Source of the DNA: Eledone cirrhosa
Taxonomy: Eukaryota
Assembly: GCA_964016885.1 (NCBI GenBank)
Contig: OZ024743.1
Span: 249,736,001 to 249,800,000 of the forward strand
Direction: 5' to 3'
Length of the DNA: 64,000 bases
A program made the translations under genes and the position numbers. How positions within the stretch are numbered: position 1 is the stretch's first letter; the number at the start of each line of letters is the position of its first letter. Below are positions 29,090 through 43,400 of this stretch, in pieces. The notes beneath the pieces are model-generated. The model had not been told where the DNA came from. It made no database searches and saw only the letters and a program-made list of their open reading frames with translations.

Positions 29090-29520
29090 AAAGTTTAACA
29101 TGACAAAATTTCACATAAGGGTTTTTTTGATTAGTAACCAGTTACACATGTTTCACAGATGATTGGTTCAAGGTCCATTTGGTGTTATACCTGAATCAAC
29201 ATCTCTGATGAACAGATTGATGCTGGAGTTGGGTCTATAACACCTATATTGACTTTAAGCCAATCATGTAAAATGTCCACATGGCCTCAGCTAGTTGGCT
29301 GGCACAGGTATAAGAGTGAAAGAGTAATTAGTCAATAATCAATAACAACCTTTATGTAAAACTTCATTGTGTTAAATTTAATATACATAATCTGCCTTAG
29401 CATTGAGTGCTTATATTAATACCACCGCCAGTAATCCAGAATATTACTGAATAACTTAAACTGCTCAAACAATTTGATTAGTATCAGCTTTATTGCAGTT
29501 ACAATTCATACCCAATATTA
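29090..29520 (+). mobile_element. Decayed fold-back mini-element (inverted arms and tail) in (TA)n with a split hammerhead remnant
   Basis: Arms ~29090-29204 and ~29212-29380; CTGATGA at 29205; the left arm on - reads ATCTGT-GAAA-CATGTG-TA; tail CTGCC..ATTGAGTGC. Confidence 0.55.
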
Positions 29521-32304
29521 TATATATATATATATATATATGATGAATTTAGGTACAATTTCCATTTACCAAATTTTACACTCAAGGCATTGCTCAACCT
29601 AAGGCTAAAGTAGAAAACACTTGCTGATTGTGCCACCACAGGGTTGAGAAGCAAGTCCCTTAACCACACAGCCATGCTTGTGCCTTGTACTAATAACTGT
29701 TTCTAACATAGGCACAAGGCAAAACATTTCGCGGCAGAGAGGAGTGGGGAAGGAGGAAGGGTTTGTAGTCAATTAAATCGGCTCCAGTACTTGACTGCTA
29801 CTTTATTTTATCGACCCTGGAAGGATGAAAGGCAAAGTTGGCCTCGGCAGGATTTGAACTCAGAATGTAAAAATCAGGAACAAATACCAACACTCTAATG
29901 ATTTTGCCAATCTGAAGAAATTTTGCAAATTTGAGAGGGTTAAAGAATAATTTAAAATTAAACCAACCATTTGTTCGATAAGTATATCAAATAAAGTTTT
30001 GCCATGATTTCAATATTTAGAGCAGTAAAAACAAAGTATGTGTGCGTGTGTATGTGTGTGTATGATGATAGGGACTGTTTCAACAAGCCAGTGACATCAG
30101 CAAAACTTCAAAGTTAACAATCACCATTAATAACAAATATTACATTGACTCTATACACAGTATAAGAGTTCTTTATTCAGTTCATGTTTAGTGTTTATCA
30201 CACAAACCCATAAAACAATCATATATATATATATGTGTGTGTGCATGTGTATACATATATATACATGTGTGTGTGTGTGTGTGAATATATATAGTTTGTT
30301 TTTATGATTTCATTATTTTAGACCAATTAAAATAAAGTGTGTGTAGGTCTGATTGAGTGAGTGAATATATGTGTGACTGTGTGCATCTGTATGTGAGTAT
30401 GAGTGTGTATGTGATGATATGTAATAATCTGAAATAATCTTGTCTGTGTGTCCATCTCCTAACAATATATTCTTCTTCTTCTTATTATTATTATTTCAAT
30501 ATAACAAACAATACTTCATTTATTAATCAGTCCCAGCTCATAAAATTCTGTCTCAGGGAAAAAAGAAAAATTAAAATTTAAAAAAAAAAAAAATTTAAAT
30601 TATAATTTCTTTGAAATATTAATTTTTTAATAATTATAATTTTTTTTACTATTCTGGTAACATTAAAATATTTCTTGCCATTTTCAAATTAAAAAAAATG
30701 TTTCTTGTTAATTTGAATTTTTTTTAAATTTAATTTTTTTTGTTAAGATTACATTTACGTTGTTGATATTTCTGTTTTTAAATATCATTTTTAATCGTTT
30801 TGTGCTGTTTTTGTTGTTGCCACAAATGAAGTCTAATTCCAAACATAGCAAATTTAAAAAAAAAAAAATTGATCTCTTAAATTTAAATTTAAAAAAAAGA
30901 TAAAAACACAAATTACGGTTTCTAATTTTAGACACAAGGCCAACAATATTTGAGGGGAGGGAAAAGTCGATTAAATTGACCCCAGTACTTGACTGGTACT
31001 ATATTTTATCAGCCCCGGAAGGATGAAAGGCAAAGTTGACCTCAGCGAGATTTGAACTCAGAATCTAAAGAGCCAGAACAAATACCGCAAAAAGCAAAGT
31101 GAGGTGGCAGGAATGAGGAAAATATCTGATAAGTTACTTTGGAATAGGCACAAAATATACAGTTGACGCCCCCTCACCTAATCCCAGACCATCACCCCGA
31201 CCCTTTAAAAGAAAGTCACACACATATAGACACAGACACACACACACACACACATATACATCCCTCAGCAACACCACCTGGTTTAACAACCACCCCTTCC
31301 TTGGGTGCCATTAGCACTGTCCATTCTGTTGCTACAAGTATTCATGATAGGTCTCCTGGTTTGAGGATAGCTTTCCCTTACCTCTCTCTCTCTTTCACAC
31401 ACCAGTCTTGGAGGTCCTGAAAAGGATCATGGACACTGCTCTTCCCTCACAGATGAAACAGAAAGAAAAAAAAAAGGACGCTAACACACACTGTCATTCA
31501 ATGACACACACAACTACCCCCTTCCCCAGCTATGCAACTACCCACCCATACAGTCGCTCATACACACACAATTGCTCAGCTAAACATACACACATACTGA
31601 GTCAGTCTCACATACATACCAAGTCTCACACTCTTGCTCTCTCTCACACACAGCCATAATAAACCATCAATTTATAACCAAATTAACCCTTTTTATACCG
31701 AACCACCTGAAACCACACATGGTTCTATGCTACAGAAATGTTTGTTTTAACCTTTTTGATACCAAATCACTGAAACCACACCTGGTTCTGGATATTTTAA
31801 TTGTTTATATTTATCTAAAACCTTCCATCATAATTTTATGTCAGTTATCTTCAAAACACTAGATTAATAGTAAGAAAGTTATATTACTAAATACCTCCAA
31901 ATTCTTGATTATTTTCAAAATTATTTGGAAATCATGAGCAGTCTTTAATTAGAAATATTTCTAATTTAAGCACAAAGCCAACAATTTGATTAAATCAACA
32001 CCAGAATGTAACTGGTACTTTATTTCATCGACATCAGAAGGACGAAATCCAAAGTTGACTTTGGCAGGATTTGTGTTTAATTAGATATACGGTAATGAAG
32101 GGGCTTAAGTAATACTGATAGTAGGGGTTATTTTAAGATGGTTAATTCTAATAAACCCATCAAATTATAACCAATTTAAGTAATACTAGAAGTCATTTTA
32201 TCTCAACATTGCTATCTCTGCCATTCTCTACTTGTTATTCATTTTATTTATTTTTCATTTATAGGTCTGTCTGTGAGTCTTTTGTCAGTATATAAATATA
32301 TATC

Positions 32305-32358
<54 letters not shown>

Positions 32359-33797
32359 TTTAACATCAATTTTCCATGCTTGTATTGGCTAGACTATATA
32401 TATATGTGTGTGTGTGTATAAAAGGTTAAAGTCTGTCTCAAGCCCAGAGACTCATTAGACCAGAGCTTATCCTGGCTTCATTAAGTGATTGAGTGTATAA
32501 GGCTCTTCCCTGAATAAGATGCCAGTCTATTGCAGGGTTAACTCCCCTGCTGCTGCTGCCATTTTTATTCAGCTGAGTTGACTGGAGCAACGGGAAATGA
32601 AGTGTTTTGGTTTTGCTCAAGAACACAATGTGCCACCTGGTCATAGAATTGAACTTACAGCCTTACAATTCTGATTTAAACACCTTAACCACTAAGCCAC
32701 ATATACACACACATAAACATATGAAAAATATATATGTATATTTGTATGTAGGTATGTGTGTGTGTACATATTGAAAAGGATAATGATGAGATAGAAAAAA
32801 ATAAAAAAATAAAACAAAACATAATATAAAGCAGAAGGAAGTGGACCATGTAGTGGCTTAGTGCAATTATTATTATTGTTATTATTTTTTATTATTATTA
32901 TTTTTATATAACACAACCCTTTGCTTTTTGAACACAGAAACCTCATAATCAGAGACTGGTGGGCCCAAAATATCTATGGACTGATGAATAACTAAAAACA
33001 AATTTCCACAGTATTGGTTCTTGTTATTGTTGTTGTTGTTTTGGCACACCATATTTGGAAATAATTTTCTCTCCCTTTAATCCCTTAATTGTAATTATTC
33101 ATAAAGTAGTAATAGTAATAATAACGATGATGGTTTCTAACATTGGAACAAGGCCAGTAATTTGAGGGGTGGGGGTCGTAGGGAAAGACGATTATATCGA
33201 CCCCAGAAAGATGAAAAGCAAAGTTGACTTTGGCAAGATTTGAACTCAGAACAAAAAGTACTGTAACTATATGTCGCAAAACACTTTGTCTGACACTAAC
33301 GATTTTGCCAATCTACAGCCCTTGATAATAATGGTTTCTGATTTAGGCATAATGCCAATAATTGTGGGGTGGGGTGGAAAGTCGATTAAATCGACCCCAG
33401 TGTGTTACTGGTATTTTATTTTATCGACCCCGTAAAGATGAAAGGCAAATTGGATCCATAAGGATGAAAGGAAAAGCTAATCTTGGTGGGATTTGAACTC
33501 AGAACGTAAAGGGCCGTAACTCTATGCCGCAAAGCCTGTTGTTTGACACTAATAACTCTGTCAATCAACCACCCTAGTAATAATAATAATAATTCTTTCA
33601 AACATCAGCACAAGGCCAGCAATTTGAGGGAAGGGGAAAATTGATTGAATCAACCTGTACTTTTATATTATCGACCCCCAGAACAATGAAAGTCAAAATT
33701 GACTGTGACAGGATTTGAACTTAGAACATAAAGAGCTGGAACACATACCGCAAAGCAATTGCATGATGCTCTAACAATTCTGCTAACCCAGCACTTC

Positions 33798-33829
<32 letters not shown>

Positions 33830-35327
33830 GTCTTTCTTCTGGTTCCAATCAAGTAGGTTTGTGTGTACAATTGTTTTGATTTGTGTTAATGTGTATGTAT
33901 ATATGTGTATGTATGAACGTAAATGTATATACATATGTGTGTAATACTTATCTTGTGAAAGATTCTGATCAGTGTTTGTGGTCAGTGTGTATAGTAGTAA
34001 GAAAGTGGGGTCTTTGGCCTGTATGTGTGATCAGGGAAGTGGTCAGTTCAAAGCTTTTCTTTCTTTCTTTTCAGTTTTCATTTTTTTGGAGGGGGGAATT
34101 AGGTGTGTGGGTGGGTTTTTTTCTTTTTTTATTTGCATTTTGTGAAAAAATATAATTATTACTATAGCCACCACCACCAATATTATTATCATCATCATTG
34201 TTATCAACATTATCACTATCAGTCTCAGCATGTTTGGCCATAATTTCTCAAACATTAACCTATAACATCCTGTAATAATTTAGCAGAAAATATCTAAAAA
34301 CAGGTTTGTTAATTCAAATGTTTATGGTGTATTTACTAGTGGACAAATCATTGTGAAATTTTGCAGTATTAGAGTCAAGATATTAATTTTTAATATGATG
34401 CAGCCATAGTGCTGTTTAGTACTTTTCAAGAATCTCTTGCTAATGTGGTTTCATGTGGTACAGGACGTTAAGAGTTAATGAATGGTGGTTTTAATGTCTC
34501 ATAGCAACAAAAAAAAAAAAAAAAAAAAAAAGGAAAAGACTGGTTCTTCTAGAGAGATAGATAGATAGATAGATAGACAGTGAGTGAAAATGAAATAAAA
34601 AATAATTGAAGCAAAGATAGAGAGAGATGTAAAAAGAGAGATGGAGAGAGAGATTATGAGAAAGCAAGAGAAAGAGAGAGACAGAGGGGAAGAGAGGGAA
34701 ATGGAAAGAGGGAGAGAGAGAGAAATGGAAATAGAGAGAGAGGAAGAGAGAAAAGGAGAGAGAAGGGAGAGAAAGAGAGAAAGAGGAAGAGAGAGAGAGA
34801 TAGAGCTAGAGAAAATGAATGAGATTAAAAAAGTGAATGTAGTGGTGGGAGGCAATGTTTGTTCTTTTGTGTTTATATATTTCTTTTCTCTTCTTTTATT
34901 TTCCCAAACAGCAATCTGGTCTGTTTCACATAGTCCAGTGTTTGAAATAAACAAACAACTATTTGGGCTACATTTTGGCAATATTTCAAAAGAATAATGC
35001 TCAAAACTTCTTGTTGTTGTTGTCGTCGTCGTTTTTTTTTTAACTTTACCAATTAATTGCAGTTAAATGTTTTTTTTTTCTTCCTAAAAATGTTTCTTTC
35101 TCATTTTGAAAAAGATTTTAAAACTTCATTTAAAATTTTATTTCATTTTATTCAAACATTTAATATTATATATTTTTTGTGTGTAGTTAAGGATGTTGTT
35201 TTTATTTATTTGTTTGTTAGTTGAATGGTTTTTGTTTGTTTGTTTGTTTTATCAATATTTTTTTTAATTTTAAAATTTTTTTATTATTATTTTATTTTTT
35301 ATTTTTTATTTTATTTTTTTTTAAATT

Positions 35328-35836
35328 TCAGACTATGACATCTTTTAAAATATATTTTTGAATTTGTGATGTTCCAGTGTCTGGGTGGTGATGTAACACA
35401 TAACTATCTGAGGCCAAGCTGTCACTGTCTGAGGCAGTTAACATGGCTGATGTTGATGATATGTCATTGTACGGAGGATAATCTTTACAGTTTTCAGTCA
35501 ATGTGTAACGCAAACCTGTCAGATTTGTGGCCCGGGGGACAGTAGCCGGGCCACTGCCTCCTCCCCCTCCTCCTCCTCCGTAAGGGGAGTCGAGAGAATT
35601 GGAGATACAGTATTTAAAAGTGGGCCGTTTTGTTGTCGGTGGTGGAGTCTTGACGCTGAGTTTATCAGATTCAGTTGAAGATGATGTATGGGATAAGATG
35701 TCACCATTGAGTGTTTTGGGGGGACAATGGTTCGGGCGAAACGTACGCAGGTTTGGAACCCGTCTCACTTCCCCAGGATTATCCCCCTTTTCTTCATCAA
35801 ATGAACCTTCTGCTGGCACAGGGGATCCTTTAATAT
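35328..35836 (-). CDS. Protocadherin-like gene, terminal cytoplasmic exon
   Basis: Strong poly-T CCAG acceptor; phase 1 matches the donor at 62242; open 169-codon Ser/Pro/Gly-rich frame (D)IKGSPVPAEGSFDEEK...SDSDSLASDSY...KYILKDVIV*. The hydrophobic C-terminus resembles a PDZ ligand. Confidence 0.75.
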
Positions 35837-35945
35837 CTGGAAAAAAAAAAAAAAAAAGTTTTAAACCTATGTTAATTGGCGTTTTTTTTGTTTTTTTAAA
35901 AATTACTCTTCAAGATCTAACTGCAAAGATAGCTACTACTACTAT

Positions 35946-35991
<46 letters not shown>

Positions 35992-38699
35992 GTTGCCACC
36001 ACCACCTACTACTACAAAATGAAAAATAAAAACCCATGGACAGTCAAGAGGGCCCCGTCACATTGTTTTGGTACAACTGATTCCAACATTTTAAGTCCTT
36101 GTCTTCACAATACATGTACAATATCTCCAAGACATATTTACAATAGACCCCAGTACCCAGGACATTAATGGAACACTGTCTTAAAAAGGACATTTTCTTT
36201 TGCTGACTCAGGCCATCAGAAATGGAAAAAATAAGTCCCATTAAAAATGTATACACAACATCAATATCATCATTAAGTGAAAACTTTCCTGCAGAGGTCA
36301 CACACCACCAATAATAAATGCAGAACAACAACACCAGCTGTTGATCACAGTGGCATCTTTGACCACATCCAGAAAAAGGCACACAATTAATTAGTTTAGA
36401 GCCATATGTATAACTATTTTAAAGCCACTCAACTAATTGGTTAAAATTCACTCTTTGACAATCTTCCACCTCTGGCCCACAAATGTCTCCTCCCTCTATA
36501 TCTACCACTACTACAATGGTAACTGTTTGTCAGAGCTTACTGGACCCATGTCACCTCCACTCAGGCATTCTTGATTTACTTGTCTCTATTCCTCCTCTCA
36601 TCATTTAAGTCGTCCTCTGTCCCATAGACAGACCCTGCACTAACTATTAGCCTCAATACTTTCTGCTTAAAAACGTTGGTTCTCTGGGATTTTTTCCCTG
36701 CTTCTGTCTTTCCCAAGGGAGTGGATCTGTAAAAATTTAACAGAACATCAACACCATCATCTGTATCTCTGATGCTGGAAGACTTGTATAGGTCTTGGGC
36801 ACTGCCCTCCTCGCTATTCCAAACATACCAAATAAGAAACAAAAAAGAAAAAAATCTAACAGAGGTCACCAGCAGAACCCAGAGGAATACAAAAAAAAAA
36901 AATGTCCCCAAACAAAAAAACCAACAAACAAACAAATAAAATGAAAACAAAAACTAGACTTTGAATAAAATTCATGCTACATATTTGGACAGCCAGGGTA
37001 CACCAACCGATACTGGGGTGTACCTTAGGGCACACCATCTCCACTTGGCGAACACCTTGATAGAATGGGTAGGGGATAATGGTTGATAGTTATGTGATTT
37101 TTAATTAGCTGCTGTTGCTACTTGTATTTATTCCAGTTTGTTATGATCTGAGTTCAAATCCCACAAAAGGCAACTTTCACTTTTATCTCTCTGGTGTTGA
37201 TAAAATACTAATCAAGTGCAGTCAATTGGCAAACTTGGTAGAGCATTGGACAAAAATGTATTGTAGCATATATTCTGGTTCTTTACATCCTGAGTTTAAA
37301 TCTTGCTTAGGGTCAACTTTGCTTTTCATATTTCCAAGGTTGATCAAGTACCAATTTAGAGCAGTAGATTGGTGGACATAGTAGAGCATCAGATGAACTG
37401 TTTAGTAATAGTTGAAGGTGACAGTTTAATAGGATTCTCTGAGCATTCAAAAAAATGAACTGAAGTATTTGTTCAGGTGTTTTATATTCTGACGAGCCAG
37501 GTAGATGTAGCAAACATGTCTATATTTAGACAATAACATAGCATCTTTACAAATAAAACACCCAAAGGAAGGCAATGGGAAAACACCTCTTGGGTTTAAT
37601 ACATATATAAATATGTATGTGGTGAAGGTACATGGCTTAGTGGTTAGAGTGTTGGATTCACAATCATGAGATTGGGAGTTCAATTCCCAGACCAGGTAGT
37701 GCATTTTGTTCTTGAGCAAGATGCTTTCTTTCACATTGCTTTGGTTCACCAAAGTAGAAAAGATGAGTTGTGATGCCATGGATGTCAAGCTGTATCATCC
37801 TTTGCCTTTCCCCTGGACAACATCAGTGGCATGAAGAGGGAGGACTGCTAATTTTCCACAGAAACACTTTGCCTGGGCATGTGCCACACAAGGGAACTTT
37901 CTAAGTGCAAACCTATGGTCAGCTATGATGAAAGATATATATGTATGTGTATGTATATATATATATGTATGCAGGATATCCATAGATAAAAGGCCAAGGA
38001 AAACAATGTGCAATCTAGTACAAGAGAGCTTATTAAATTTCATACACTTAACATATATGCATGGCCTATGGTTTTGGGGTTCAGTTATGGCCACCACTGT
38101 ATAGTGGAGGAGTCATTCTAAAAATGGCCTCTCTCATCAAGTGCAAATTTAAAGACAAATTTAAAGAAAAAAAACTGTTACTTTATGAAAAATGGCCATA
38201 GTTCGTGAAGAGTTCCAGTCAAAAACAAAGGGTTGTAACTCCCACAAAAGCTGTAGATTATAATATTACATCATTATATGTACAGAGAGGTGTGGGCAAT
38301 TTGCTTTGAATCAATGTGAATGTATAGTATGTGCGTAACCTAAGCTGTAAGTTTTTTTAAAAACCTTAAGTGAACCTGTTACAATATGGATAAAGCTCAT
38401 ATATCATAAATTGTTTGAATTTAAAAAGTCACAGGAGATGATTTCCTTTGAGAAATTTTGGATGGATGGATGGACGTACACTTTTTACTCTTATCCATAT
38501 ATGAAGGCTGTATAGGCAGGTGTGAATAGAAATGTATGTGTGTTACTTAGTGTGAAATGTAATTTTGTAAATCTTAAACCGCTTTTTTAAAAAAAAATTG
38601 TGTTTGTATAGAGATCTGTTATTTGTGTATTTATGCATGTGTATAGGTGAGAGAAAACAGGGTCACAGAGGATTCAGTAGATCTGATGACTGGGCATTT

Positions 38700-39060
38700 T
38701 GAGGTGTGGGTTTCCAATTGGACAGGAGATGGATTTTCAGATGTTAGCAATGTCTAAAAACTTTAGAGTTAAGATATTTGTTTGGTGAGTAGAATCTTTG
38801 CAAAATCCTAATTTTTTTCACTGAGGCAGAATAGGCATCTCTTAATTCCATTGATGTATGGTGTGAACATTCAAGCTCTTTCCATGTTAATTCATACAGC
38901 ACTCCTTTTTCTTTTGGTTGCCAGACTCTTTTTGCCATCGCTGTGCTAGCTTTCATATTGGGATGCCTGAATGAGGAGAGGTGCAAGTAGAACCTTTGTT
39001 TAATTTGGTCCTGCACCATACTCAAATATTTGTCAGTGGTTTCTGGCTGGTTGGTGTTTG
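38700..39060 (-). mobile_element. Old Penelope-like GIY-YIG remnant
   Basis: QIKQRFYLHLSSFRHP..STAMAKRVWQ..YELTWK, then CLFCLSEK in another frame; parallels copies A and B. Confidence 0.7.
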
Positions 39061-40095
39061 TGTATTAAATATCTGCCTCACATTTGATGGATTACAATTT
39101 AAAATTTTTTAGTTTATGTTTCTATGATATAATAATCTGACCATTAGAATCCTAATAATTTTAGTAGGAATGTAGTCACTAAAATGACAACATGTACCAT
39201 CATCCTAGGATTACGTTTAATTTTCTGAAGAAGTATGAGATTTTTAACACGAACTAGAGTAAATATAGACATTGTTTCTTTTCCTATTTTATGATTATTT
39301 TCTACATTTGTCTGGTAATGTGTTAAAGAAAGAATCTTCTACTGAAATAATTGTAAGAATTAAGCATATTTCTATCAGCTTCATTTGTTTTATATGCTCT
39401 GTGTAAAGATTGGAACATTTCTTCTGATCTTTAAACGTCTATTCACTATATTTCTATCAGTATAAACACTTAAACAGTTTAAAATCTTCTCAATCGCAAA
39501 TTCTCAAGAGACTACATTTTTTCGTATGTATTATTATTTTTATAAAAATATATATATATAAGAGAATATATATACATGTGTGTATATATATATGCATATG
39601 TATGTAAATGTATATATATGTTGATATATATATATATGTGTATTGTATGTGTGCATAAATCAACAGATACTTGTGTGTCTGTACATATTTGATACAATCT
39701 TGTAGTTATTTTCTACTTGTGTTTTATATATATATATGACCCATCCAACCCATGCAAGCATGGTATAATGGATGTAAAAACATTGATGATGATGATGATG
39801 ATATATATATATATAGATAGATATGTGTATATAAAAAATGGTTGTTTTGGAAGCCTTTACAATGCAGATGGATAAATCTGTGGGTAACAAAATTCGATTT
39901 CATGTGCGTGCACCCAATAGGGTATATTCAGTGTGTATTTCAATCAGTCTGACCCTGAGACTAACAACAAATGGCCACGTAGATCCTTTTCTGACAAACC
40001 TCCAAAGTTCTTTTGGAATCCCCTGACGATAGATGGAAAATCCGAAATATAGAGACCAATAAATCTATTCCAAGGTAACTTCATCTCTGATTTTG

Positions 40096-40842
40096 TTAGA
40101 GATGCCTACTGGCAAGGCGGGTCTTCTCTGTTACTGAGTACCGCCAAAGGTCTCGGTCCAGTGACATTGTCTTGGAGAGGTGTAAGTGTGTGAGGTCGGA
40201 GTTTATCAGCTCGTCCCAGGTTTTTCTAGGTCTGCCTATTCCGTGGCTACCGTCTATCTTTATTGCCCTGCACTTTGTTATACAGCTATCGACTTTCATG
40301 CGCATCACGTGTCCATACCAACGTAGCCTTCTCTCGAGTAAACAACATCTGATCCCTCTTATTTCTAATTTTTTCCTTAGTTCGTTTATGCTTTGCCGTT
40401 CACGTATATTACTGTTACACATCCAGCGGAGCATGCAAGCTTCGTTCCTCTCTAGTCTGCATATATCCTCTGCACACAATGCCCAGGTCTCACTGCCATG
40501 CAACATTGCTGTTCGTATGCAGGCATCGTACAACCTGCCTTTCATTTTTAGGGAGAACCCTTTAGCAGCTAATAGTGGTATAAGCTCTCTGAACTTTTTC
40601 CAACCAGTTCTGACTCTAGCTACTGTACTTTCAGAGCACCCTCCCCCACTGCTGATTTTATCGCCCAGGTAACGGAAGCTGTCCACTATTTCTATAGAAC
40701 CCTCTGCGCAATTGAAAGAGCTAGTATTTTGTGGGCACTTGCTGCTACTTATTGCACCAGAACACCGGCCACATGTAAAATCTATGTTCTTAGTTAGCTT
40801 ATCTGTGATCCCACTACATCTTTTATGCACCCATACTTTGCA
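40096..40842 (-). mobile_element. RTE-clade LINE, 3' part with an uninterrupted frame and a PHD-like finger
   Basis: [72 protein letters not shown]. The N-terminal YIYI of the listed ORF is microsatellite. Confidence 0.92.
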
Positions 40843-41826
<984 letters not shown>

Positions 41827-41833
41827 TTGAGTT

Positions 41834-41912
41834 TGTCTCCTGATGAATCTTAACTCAAGACATTTCTATTAATTGGATGTCTAAAAATACGGATGAAACC
41901 ATGGTAGAGATA
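41834..41912 (+). ncRNA. Minimal type-I hammerhead ribozyme with extended stem II
   Basis: TGTCTC-CTGATGA-ATC...(agacat/atgtct hairpin)...GAT-GAAA-CCATGG-TA-GAGATA; palindromic ACCATGGT stem III; GUA site at 41904-41906. Confidence 0.8.
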
Positions 41913-42288
41913 TAATTACGGTATGTACACATTTCTTCTAAGTTTAATTTTACACCTAATTGTGTATGGTTGATGGTATATTTAGTCAGTTTCTACATGC
42001 TGTCAAAATGTTGGATAAATACTCTATTGGGGCCACCGCGAAGAGGCCACTTTCGGTTATTTGTCGGAGATTTCTTCATAAGAGCCTTTCTTCTTATAGC
42101 TTGGTCTAATTGATTTTTTATATGGTTAATTATGCTAATTGGAAGAGGAAATGGTATATATTTTATCTAATAATTCTAAGGACATGATTTATGATATATA
42201 TATATATGTATATATATGTATAAATATATCTATATATATATATATATGTATATATATATGTATATATATGTATATATGTATATATATG

Positions 42289-42355
<67 letters not shown>

Positions 42356-42390
42356 GTATATATATATGTCTGTGTGTGCATATATATATA

Positions 42391-42454
<64 letters not shown>

Positions 42455-42795
42455 CATCATCATGATCATTATTTTACGTCTGCTTTTCCCTGCTTGCAAA
42501 GGTGGGACGGGAACTGATTCTGGCTTGATTTCTACAGCTGGATGCCCTTCCTAACACCAACCTCATTTACAGTGAGTGCTGGGTGCTTTTTTGCCATGGC
42601 ACCTCCACGACCACTTTGCAGTGGAATGATAGGGACCCCAGTCCTATCATCTCATTTCTACAGTTGAGTAAACTGGAGCAATGTGAAATAAAGTGTCTTG
42701 CTCAAGGAAACAACACATCACCCGGTCTGAGAATTGAACTCAACCTTTCGATTGCAAGTGCTCTAACCACTAAGCTATGTGCCTCCATATATGTG

Positions 42796-42841
<46 letters not shown>

Positions 42842-43025
42842 AAGGTTTACATATACTCTATCGGGGCCACCGCGAATAGGCCACTTTCGGTTATTTGTCG
42901 AAAATTTCTTCATAGGAACCTTTATTCTTATAGCTTGGTCTAATTGATTTTTTATATGGTTAATTATGCTAATTGGGAGAGGAAATGGTATATATTTTAT
43001 CTAGTGATTCTAAGGACATGATTTA

Positions 43026-43100
<75 letters not shown>

Positions 43101-43197
43101 TGGACCGGCAATCGCTCTGTTTAATTAGCTGCTGATTATTACTGAAATTCTATAATAATCCAGCTTATATAATTTTCGCAGAAGCAGGGGAGTACAT

Positions 43198-43239
43198 GGC
43201 TCTGATGAACACCAACCAGCATAAAACAGACTGTCAGCC
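43198..43239 (+). ncRNA. Decayed hammerhead (G12A)
   Basis: GGCT-CTGATGA-...-AAAA-CAGACTG-TC-AGCC; stems I and III intact, GAAA mutated, stem II poor. Confidence 0.55.
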
Positions 43240-43366
43240 TCTCTCCCTTCTTCAGCCGAAAATAGGTAAGTGACATAGTCACTATTTAAAAACTGATAAC
43301 GTATGGTGTCCTAATTGTTTTAAATTAAACATACGGTATATTGCCAAATATACTATACATACATTC

Positions 43367-43399
<33 letters not shown>

Positions 43400-43400
<1 letters not shown>

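Noticed and set aside
32975-33010. CTGATGA flanked by TGGA/TTCCA
   Set aside because: No GAAA and no credible stems II or III.
36576-36950. 124-aa ORF on -
   Set aside because: The N-terminus is a T-rich low-complexity tract and there is no recognisable domain.
38060-38150. Possible decayed pLTR hammerhead on - downstream of the old PLE remnant
   Set aside because: The core (TTGATGA...GAAC) and stems are too degenerate to call.
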